Origin: Octopus sinensis
Lineage: Eukaryota
Direction: 5' to 3'
DNA length: 64,000 nt
Assembly: GCF_006345805.1 (NCBI RefSeq)
Contig: NC_043009.1
Span: forward strand, 69,130,001-69,194,000
In this document: positions 39,824-64,000 of the stretch, piece after piece
Numbering within the stretch: position 1 is the stretch's first letter
Layout: each line of letters opens with the position of its first letter
Made by a program: the position numbers and the translations under genes
The notes under the pieces: generated by a model
What the model was told of the DNA's origin: nothing
Databases searched by the model: none
Seen by the model: only the letters and a program-made list of their open reading frames with translations

Positions 39824-40392
39824 CTTTATTCTAGAGTCCTGTTGCTGAATATCCCTTGTTGGGAGAGTTACAAATAGTAATTTTCTATCACTTATCTTTA
39901 TTTTGAAAGGAAGGATTAATGACAGGAAGGGTGTCCATCTGTAAAACTTTACCTCAATAATATATTCATCTAACCCATGCAAACATGGGAAAACAGATGT
40001 AAACCAACAAAATTTTATGAACATTAGCATTATTGATTGCAGATCCCCAGAAGTCCAGTTACTTGTTCATTGAATTTGTGACATTGCAGAGTGACAAGGG
40101 AGTGTCTGTCTAACTGTGGCAAGATAAATACCACAAGGTATGTTTTATTTATTTATTTAATGTGTGGGCATCTTTGGCGGATGTATGCCTGCTAGGTTTC
40201 TACATATATGTATATGCACATGCATATGTGTGTACACACAACCACATATATGAGTGTTTGTGTAGTTTTGCAGATGTAAATGTGTTGGCAATGAATTTGA
40301 TGGCAAGAAAACTGATAAATGTGATTTGATTTATTTTTGCTGAGAGCAAACAGAGACAAGTGGTAGTTTCATGTGCGAAAATATTGTGATTA

Positions 40393-40624
40393 TTGGGGTT
40401 GAGGCATAATTTATTTTGCAGCTTTTTTCAACAAATTTTATTCAACAAAAACATCTTTAAATGACGGTCTGACTGTCTGCCAAGCAAATGGGAAGCAGTA
40501 ATTGAAGTAGATGGTGAATATGCTCCAGAATAATCATTTAAAGATGTTTTTGTTAAATATTGTTATTGTTTTTGTTGAATAAAATTTGTTGAAAAAAAGC
40601 CACAAAAATTACGCACCAACCTAA
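40393..40624. mobile_element. Mariner-derived MITE (inverted sister of 27420-27663)
   Basis: The internal sequence is the reverse complement of the 27.5-kb copy. Confidence 0.8.
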
Positions 40625-41100
40625 TACTTATGTATCTATGTGTGTGAGTGCATGTGTGCATGAGTATATGTGTGTGTGTGCATGTGTGTTTGTGCATATG
40701 TGTGTCAGTGTATGTGTGTGTGCATATGTGCATGAGTGTATGTGTGTGCATGTATGTACATGTGTGTATGTGTGTGTAAGTGTATGTGTGTGTGCATATG
40801 TGTGTGAATGCATGTGTGCACACATGTACATATGCATACATGTGTGTGCATGTGTGCATGTGCATGTGTGGGGCAGGAGTGCATACCAGACAAAATGCAT
40901 AACCACATTCCTACAGGCTTTACATTCTGAGTTCAAATGCTGCTCAGTGGTCGACCTTTTCACCCTTTTGGGCCCTATAATACAAAAACTAGTCAAGTCC
41001 TGGGGTCGATGTAATCAACTAGGCCCCTCCCAGCAAAATTTCTGGTCTTATTCCTATAATAGAAAGGACTCTCCTTCTTCTTCTTCTTCTTCTTCTTATT

Positions 41101-41131
<31 letters not shown>

Positions 41132-41601
41132 TTATTATTATTATTATTGTTATTATTATTATTATTATTGTTATTACTATTATTATTATTATTGCTGTTG
41201 TTGTTGTTGTTATTATAATTAGTCCAAAGCTAGCATATGCAAGTTTAATTAGCAGCCAAATTATCTTCTTCGGGTCTCTTCAAAATGGAAGAATCTTTTT
41301 TTTAGGACTCTTGCAGAATATAGGATTGCACTTCTATTCTGCAGGTCAACAATGCAAGTCTCAATTCCCGTATCCTTCAGTCTCTTAAGTAGCCAAGTGT
41401 TGTGCCAAGTGCACTGATTACCAATCATCATCATCATTATCATCGTAAATGTCATCACTACCATCATCGTCATCATTACCATCATCATCATCACTACCAT
41501 CATCGTCATCACTACCGTCATCATCAGCAAGAGCTGCAGTAGCACTATTCTACACACCACCAACATTACCGTTTCTTCTTCTTTCATCAACAGACATCAA
41601 A

Positions 41602-55840
<14,239 letters not shown>

Positions 55841-57097
55841 CATTCGTCTTTTACAATTAAGAGAATTTCTCCTGATATGTCCTGAAGTGTTTGTTCTACT
55901 CCTTGTTGTGAATGTGAAGACAGATTTGGTCTATTCCTGTTCTTTCCTAAACAGAGATATATAATTTTACTCTTTGCCCTCTCATCTGGCAAAGAAATAC
56001 CATTCAGTTTTACAAAATTCTCCCAACTTCATTTTTTTTCCTTCTTTGAGCTCTGATTGGTTTAATAATTCTATTTGTTCAATTTATGTTAACACAATTT
56101 TTACCTTTGCACATTTCTTATAGGAATGGATAATAGTGTTTTACTTAGTATAAGAGTTGTCACAGCTGTTTTTAACTTTATCTTAAAAATTACTTCTTTG
56201 AGTGTTTGGGATATTTTTATTTTTGTCTGTTAATTTTTCATTAAATTGTTTGTTTTTTTACATTTAGAAAAAATGTATATTTGATAACCCTTTTAAGCAG
56301 ATGTGAAACAGTATATTTGGTAACCATTTTAAATGTGGAAAATTTAATGAGTGTCATCTGAGAAGAAATTCCTTTCTTCTTCTCTTCCTTCAATGAGGCT
56401 TTGAAAAGGGTCAATGCCTTTCCTCTTTCCGTTGAGTGATTAAAGAAAAAAAGCTAATGTCCATCTTTTAGGCAACATACACTGAATTAGTTTCTGTTGC
56501 TTTCTTCCGAATCCCTAGAAGGTTCCATTACAGAATTGCAAATGGAACAAATCCTTCATCCTTTATATAGCACCCTGCCCCCCCCCCCATCTACCACCTG
56601 TGGCCATGAACTCCACTTCCAAAACGTACCAATTTATATCTCAACATAAATATAGGGATTTGTAGCTGTGATCTTGCAGCAAGTGAACGACTGTGCTCAG
56701 TGTCTGTGAATACAGAGATTAGAGTTTGTTTTTAAAATATGTGTAGAACTAAGAATGTCCATGTGTCTCAGTGAGTGACCATAACTATGACAATTCTGGT
56801 TTAATAAAAATGATATGTAGAATTCCAGTGTTTGCCAAAAGTAATCTACTTTCTTCTGATTCTTTTTCATATTTTTGGCCGATAACTGGTCGCTTGAGAA
56901 TTTCAAACAAGAAGGCAAGTATAACAATAATTCCTGAGAATAATTATTTTCTCCATTCAACCTCTCTCTTTTTTCACCCTTAATTTCTTACACTCTCTAT
57001 TTATCTTTGTATGTGTCTGTCTCTCTTTATCTGTATATCCTTGTATAAGTCTGTTTCTACCTCTCTCTCTCCCTCCCTCTCTCTCTCTCTCTTTCTC

Positions 57098-57129
<32 letters not shown>

Positions 57130-57744
57130 CGAGAAGGAAGAGGTATTTTCATTGTACTTGTGGCTATGGCAAAAGAATGTGTCTAGTGGACGCATCTGAA
57201 AAGATTAGAGACAAACACTTCACTTTCCTCTCTGGTCAATCTCTCATCAGCTTCCTCAAGTATCACTTGAAGAGGAAGGTGAGAGTAGAGAGGCAAGTTT
57301 TGTCTAGTGAATGTTTAAAAAAAAGATGGGTGAATGTAGCAAGGATGGCACGTATGAATGACGAAGCCACCTTGAGCATAATCCTGTGAACTAGAAAAAA
57401 AAAGCAAGGTAAAAAAGAGAGTTACCTACTTATAAATGTGTTATGTGACATTATTGCCTGAGGTTACCATGGTCTTTTCATAGGTTTTTCTTTACACAAA
57501 TAAACCTCCCCACTTTTGGGAACTTTTTGTATTATTTCGACCTTTTGTATATCTCAAACGATTTCGATCCCTTTTGATCGTTATCCCTATTTTTTATTTA
57601 TTTTTATTTTTGTTTGTTTTCGCCCCCCCCCCCCCCTTCCAAGAAAAGCTCTACATTGTATTTGTCCGCTCTAAGTTCAACCCTTGTGTGGCCAATAAAG
57701 AAAGTTATCTATCTATCTATCTATATCTATCTATCTATTATCTA

Positions 57745-57803
<59 letters not shown>

Positions 57804-59079
57804 TTGGGTCGTCCGGAAAGTTTGTACCGATTTTTAAAGGAAAGAAAAAGGTCAATAAATACTTGGCATTACATTTTTAATCAACCAAATATGAACCATT
57901 TTGTTGCACAATCTCCATCTTTCCTTCAGCTTGAAAATATCCTCTTCCCAGAATTGAGGTAGTTTCAAGTCAAAGAATTCATCAAGGTATCTTTTTACGT
58001 CATCCAAGGAATTGAAATTTTTACCATTAAGTCTTCTGTAGAGACCTGAATAAGTGGAAATCCGAAGGAGCAATATCCGATGAATATGGAAGGTGGAGTA
58101 ACATCCCAGGCGAGCTGCAGCAATTTTTGTCTGGTTCCCAAAGAAACGTGCAGTCTTGCATTATCATGTTGGAAAACAACACCCTTTCTGTTGGCCAATT
58201 CTGGATGTTTCTCTCAAATTGCTGCTTTTAACTCGTCCAGTTGTGTGCAGTATTTCTCAGAATTAATTGCCTGGTTACTTGGGAAAAGCTCAAAGCACAG
58301 AATTCCTTTCCAATCCCACCAGACACAAAGCAAGACTTTTTTAGGGTAAGACCCGCTTTTGGGGTGGCTAAGGGTGGCTCGTGTTGCTTATTCCAGGATC
58401 ACTTTCTCTGAACATTTCGGTAGATAATCCATTTCTCATCACCTGTCACAATTTGCTTTAAAAAAAGGCACCTTTTCATTCCGTTTATAAAGTGAATCAC
58501 AGATGGAAATGTGATCCAAAAGGTTCTTCTCACTCAAATCATGTGGTACCCAAACATTGTAGCGATTTGTGTACCCAAGCTTTACCAGGTGCTCATGAAT
58601 GACGAAGTTTGATAGGTTGAGGCTAACTGCCAATTCTCGGGTTGTGCAATGTGGGTTATTCTCAATTAATGATTTGATTTGGTCATCATCTGTAGTCAAG
58701 GGTCTGCCTGATCACTCTTTATCAATAAGGCTACAATCTCCAGCTCGGAACCTTGCGAACCGATTCCGTACAGTTCTTTCAGATAAAGAAACATCACCGT
58801 AAACTGCGCATATTTCTTTGGTTGCTTGTGAGGCATTTTTCCTTTTACGGAAAAAGAAAAGCATCAAGTGCCGAAAATGAACTTTCTTATCTTCCATTGT
58901 AAAGGGTTACAGAATCAACACAGGTTATAGGAACATAAACCTTCTTCCATGAAAAGATAGCTTAAACTGTGCTCTAAATGGAGGTGTAGTCAAATCCTAT
59001 TTTATGAACTCAATCATGTTCTAAAATAAGTCGAAAGGTAAGCTACTATAAATCGGCATGAACTTTCCGGACAGCCCAA
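57804..59079 (-). mobile_element. Near full-length mariner (DD34D family) transposon, transposase disrupted, inserted in (TA)n
   Basis: TIRs ttgggtcgtccggaaagtttgtaccgattt / aaatcggcatgaactttccggacagcccaa. ORF pieces MEDKKVHFRH..., WVPHDL, VVFQHDNARLH and GKNFNSLDDVK. Confidence 0.92.
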
Positions 59080-59116
59080 TATATATATATATATATATAT
59101 ATAATAATTATTATAT

Positions 59117-59148
<32 letters not shown>

Positions 59149-59820
59149 ATAATTATTATATACGTTTTTATTATTATATTTTGCACTTTATTTAATCATT
59201 GACATTTTATTGTTATTTTAATTTTAACATTTCTATTATATGTAATTTTCTAGATAGTGTAATTTAATTGTTCGTTTTGAATTGATTAAAAGTGGGATTT
59301 TTCCTAATTTTATATATATATATATATATATCTTAATCTACCTCCTCATATTCACAAAATCTTCTACACTCAATTATTTACATTATTTACATTTAGTCAA
59401 TTAATTCTAGTAACTTCTATGAAAAGCAGGTCAGTCTTTCTTTAGACTTTCTATTTTTGTAGACATAGAACTTCTCCATAGAGGCAACCTTTCAGACAAA
59501 TTCCATGATGCTGTACTCCAATGTGGCGCTCAAGTTGTGAAAGGAAACTTGGTCTACTTTTTTTCTTTTATGTGTTAGCCATTTTCAAATAACTTGATTT
59601 GAATAACTGTTTGACGCCTGTTGAAAATGATACAAAATAATAAAGACAATAACGCCATAAAAAGAGAAGAAACTCACAAATAAATACTAATCTTTCTGCT
59701 TTTCTCCAATTTTAGAATATTTACTGCAAATGATGAAGGTGGAATAGAAAATAAGGAAATAACATGACAAAAAAAAAAGACTCCCATTTAGAAAAACAAG
59801 TTTAAAAAATTCTGTTGTTA

Positions 59821-60736
59821 TGAGGTAATATCAAAAAGTTCCGGGACTAGTTGTGTAGCATGCCAACAGATGGCAGCACATAGTTGCATGCTGCACAGTG
59901 AGAGCTAGCAATGACCTTCATGAGGCAGTATGAGGCCAAATGACATTGCTGTGTTTACTTTGCAACTTGTGGAATTTGTGTTTTGTGATCATGCGTGTAT
60001 GTTGTAGCCTCCAATTTTGTCATGGACAGGAACAAAGAGCCAATATGAGATTCTGTGCTAAACTTGAGAAGTCTGCTACAGAGACATTGAGCAGGCTTTG
60101 GCAAGCCTACAGTGATGAAGCAATGGGTTGTATGCAATGTTTTGAGAGGCACGAGTGCTTTAAAAGCAGACGAATGTCCCTGGAAGATGATGAGCGACCT
60201 GGAAGACATACCACAAGCATAACCCCTGGAAATGTGGTATTGTGCATCAAGAATCCGTCCCCTAGGGCCAGACCATCAGTTGAGGGATCTCCTGTGATAT
60301 TTTGAAGCATTTGAGATTGGAGACTTGGTGAAAGCGACTGGAGCCTGAAGAATTGGATTCATCATGATGACAATGCATTCTGTGACCGAGCTCTCCTCAC
60401 TTGTGAGTTTCTTGCTGAAGACTAAATGGTATCACTTCACAACCCAACCTATTCGCCAGATTCACCACCTGTCGACTTCCATCTCTTCCTCAAGATGAAA
60501 ATGCTGCTCAAAGGTCACCGTTTTAACACCATTGTCAACATCCGGAGCAAATTGCAGGTCTTTGGCTCACTTTCAGAAAACAACTTCCAGGAGAGATTCC
60601 AAAAGTGGTAGGAATGCTGCAACCTGTGTATTGCTGCACAAGGTAACTATTTCGAAGGAGAGAGTGTTAAAACTTAGGTAGATTAATTATTTTTCATTAA
60701 ACATAACTAATCTGGGAACCTTTTGGTACCACCTCA
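59821..60736 (+). mobile_element. Internally deleted mariner
   Basis: TA-flanked tgaggt...acctca ends. EQRANMRFCAKL..SLEDDERPGR and PTYSPDSPPVDFHLF. Confidence 0.85.
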
Positions 60737-61451
60737 TATACTTAAAGATGTCTACATTTTAAGCAGCTAATATATAAAGCTTTAATAATCCTTTCTGCTA
60801 TAGGCATAAGGTCTGAAATGTTGGAGAAGGGGACTAATTAATTACATTGAACAAAGTATCCAACTGATATTGAAAGGATGAAATTCAAAGCCAACCTCAA
60901 TGGAATTTGAACTCAGGGTGTAAAAATAGATGAAATACCACTAAGCATTTAGTCCAGCATGCCAACAGCTCTACCAGCTTACCACTTCAGATAAAGCTTT
61001 TATAATATAAGTAGTTTATATTTGACATTTATTTATGACTCATATATATTTAGCTGTTCATTTTCCCAGTCCTATCAGACACAGAAGGAGTATGGTATAA
61101 AAGCACCGTACTCTGGTTTGATGCAAAAACAGATCAGTCTACAATGCTACATCACAGCTTGGGTGTAATATCTACAATATATATGTCCCAACAAGAAGAA
61201 ATTGTTAAAAATTAGCATTACAGAAGTTAAAATGGAAGGACTTCTAAGCTGCAAGACGAAACTATGAAGCAACTGGTGGCTTATTTCCTGCAGTTGTTAT
61301 ACGCAACCACAACAATCTATATGACATCATAAACCATACCAGTTATGATGTTACATCAAAACAGGTATGGTTTACCTGCCATGCATGTCGTTCAATCACT
61401 GATCAAATTACAACATTAATCTTTGATGAGTTTATTTATCTGCCATTACAG

Positions 61452-63469
61452 ATGCCAACTGTAGCCTGGAAGGTACTTGGTATAATGATCTCGGTTCTAC
61501 AATGGTCATAAAACAAAATGAGGATGGTTTACTGGAAGGTAAGAAGAATATATTTTCAAAATATCAAAATGTAGATTATTTTAATAGTCATTCAAATTTG
61601 TATCAGGCCATTTTATTTTTTTAAATTATGTTATTTTAAAAGGATCCATTTATTGTAGATTTTGTTTCAATATATTTTGTGTTGGGTAAACACATCCTGA
61701 GTCAAATCTAGCTTTGATTCTTCATGTTAAATTCTGGGACAACATTCTCATAAGTTGGTATATCAGGCATCACAGATTGAGGTTCTACATATTTCTTCAG
61801 CCTTCTGAATGCAGTCACCAAACTCTCTTCAAATAAACTTCCTAATCAAATTAAGAAAAGAAGATAAAAGTAAAAAAAAAAAAAATCAAGGAAGGGGTCA
61901 CATACTTTGGATTCCAAAAGAATAATATAATTTGATTGGCTACAGGCCTAACTTGAGCATTTCATTGACCACAGGCAGAACTAACCATGCAAAATATATG
62001 TATTTTATTTCTAAAAGCATACTTTGAATTGATGCTAAGCCGCCACTTCCCTCTGCAAGGGTTACTGGTGTACAATCTGTGTGCTGAAACAATCTTTATT
62101 AATGAACGTAATTAAGCATTAAGGTCTGCAGACCATTAAGGATAACTAATTTGATCATTTTATTTCATTAAAGGTCAATTCCGCACTGCTGTTGAACGTG
62201 TCAATGGTTCATCTGGGGGTTTTAAAGCCAATGTTCATGGTGCTATCAGCCCTTATTCTGTCTTCAGTTTTGGTATTGTTTGGAATGAAGGAACTTCAAT
62301 TTCCTCCTTTGTTGGTGAGTAGCAATAACATCATGTATATTTCATTCATCACTTATCTTACAGAAAGCCAAATCGCTTCCATCCATTATTTCTTTGGCTG
62401 AAACTTCATAAACAGAGACTCTAAGTTTCATGTTTTACTAATCCCCAAGGAACCAAATACGAGGTTGAGTCAAAAAGTGATGCCATTTTGTTTAGGACAG
62501 GTATAATTACCAATACAGGAACATGTATCATACACCAAAATGAAGCTGGTCCTTTGTAGATCACATCCCTACAGTCACCGTTTCTCTGAATAGCAATGTT
62601 CCACCTTCAAATGAGAGCATGTATCCCTGCCCCATAAAATTCTGTTGACTGTTCTTTGAGTCACTTCTTCACTACAGTTTTCACTTCCTTGTCACTGGAA
62701 TAATGTTTGCCTCTCAAACCCTCTTTCATGGCCCCAAAGGGATGATAGTTTGAAGGCACTAACTTTGGTGCATATGGAGGATGTGGTAAAGTTGTCCACC
62801 TGAATGAGGCGATTGTCTCCCTTGTCCTGATGCTTGTGTGTGGTCGAGCATTGTCGTGCAGTAGGAGGATATTGTCGACTGGCAACTTGGGTCTTACTTG
62901 TCGGATTCTTGCTCTGAGCCTTGTCGGCGTCTCAATGTAGGCATCAGAGTTTATTGTTTTTCCTTTTGGCAAGAAACCAACTCCCCTATCGTAAGGTCAT
63001 GAGTTTGATTACCAGCACCATGTTGTCTCCTTTAGCAAAACACTTTATTTCTTGTTGCTGGACTGCACTCAATTAGCAACAAAGAGTATTACCCGTATTT
63101 CAAAGCGTCAGTCTCATCACATTCTGATACACGATGAATCTGCAGGCTGTTCCATTGATCGGAGCAACTGGAAGGCTCAATATTGCTAACTGATGGACTT
63201 TGTTAGTCTTTAAACATGTTTGTTGCTGAAATGTTTTTGAATTTTCTCAAAGTGGAAAAGGCTTTTTGTTGGCAACTTTCAAGCTCATGTCTGAATATAC
63301 AGATATACCCATGCATGTATGTTTTTTTGCTTCTCTTCTCCAGGTCAGTGTATCCCCTCATCAAACAATGCCACCTTCTTGAAAACTCAGTGGACAATGC
63401 TTGTGGGACAGGAGACCTTTGATACCAGCTGGAAAGCTTTTTACAATGGAATGAACAATTTCTACAGAG
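61452..63469 (+). CDS. Avidin-family protein, partial. Exons 61452-61538, 62174-62314, 63344-63469; upstream exon unresolved, continues downstream
   Basis: Three phase-1/phase-1 exons with GT-AG ends give DANCSLEGTWYNDLGSTMVIKQNEDGLLE/GQFRTAVERVNGSSGGFKANVHGAISPYSVFSFGIVWNEGTSISSFV/GQCIPSSNNATFLKTQWTMLVGQETFDTSWKAFYNGMNNFYR/G. This matches the avidin hallmarks CSLxGxWxNxLGS, TAV, FxxxW, FxGQC, LKTxW, WKA and GxNxF. Confidence 0.93.
62460..62975 (-). mobile_element. Mariner 3' fragment inside an avidin intron
   Basis: LLHDNARPH..LPHPPYAPKLVPSNYHPF; terminal ta-cgaggttgagtcaaaaag. Confidence 0.85.
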
Positions 63470-63499
63470 GTGAGATATGTATGATGTTACCTGCAAGGA

Positions 63500-63900
63500 T
63501 GGGTGGATAAATGGACATAGAGATGAGTGGATAGGGGGATGGATTTATGGGTAGGTGAAGGGATTTATGTATGGATCATTAGGTGAATAGATTGGTGAAT
63601 GGATAGACGGATGATGAGGGGATTATTAGGGTGGTGGGATGAGAGAAGAATGAATGCATGGACGCAATAGATTGATGGTTGGGAGTTGTGTGGGTGGGTA
63701 GGATAAATGTGGTTAAAAGTGTAGTTGATTGGATGATTGATTGGTTGGAGTGATGAATGCATTGAATGATGGTTGAATGAATGGACAAGTGGTATGTCGC
63801 CTGGTTAGATCGACAGTTTGACAGATGGTTTATTGAGTGGATGGTTAGATAAGTATCACAAGGATGGATTGGTGGTTAAACACCTGGTTGGTAAGGAGAC
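63500..63900. repeat. Degenerate (TGGA)n-like satellite
   Basis: Repeated gatgg/tgga motifs just after the last avidin donor. Confidence 0.65.
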
Positions 63901-64000
63901 ATGTCGTACGTGAAGCTGTGGCTATGATGTAGAGCCGGGTACTTGTTACAGGAGTTCTCACAGAGTGTATTTGCTGTTAACCATGGTGAAGTAATTCGCA

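Overview
AT-rich, repeat-dense eukaryotic intron and intergenic DNA. The SINE and LINE families resemble those I recall from octopus genomes, so a coleoid cephalopod is likely (inference). Almost all ORFs in the supplied track are microsatellite or transposon artefacts. The main result came from following splice signals: a + strand avidin-family locus. (1) A complete five-coding-exon gene (41602-55840) encodes a ~160-aa secreted, heavily N-glycosylated, strongly diverged avidin-like beta-barrel that has lost the biotin-pocket residues. (2) Three exons (61452-63469) encode a canonical avidin domain that keeps nearly all biotin-binding residues; its signal exon is unresolved and it continues past the window. 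The two share two intron positions. Weaker candidates are two unidentified + strand exon chains (4.5-7.7 kb, with an in-frame TGA, and 21.5-26.7 kb). Mobile DNA includes tRNA-derived SINEs, RTE, R4/Dong-like (TAA-associated), L1/Tx1-like and CR1-group LINE fragments, mariner and DD37D transposons, MITEs and a Helentron-like element. There are also Penelope-type hammerhead ribozyme motifs and several near-perfect fold-back palindromes. Repeat boundaries are approximate; exon boundaries were counted by hand.
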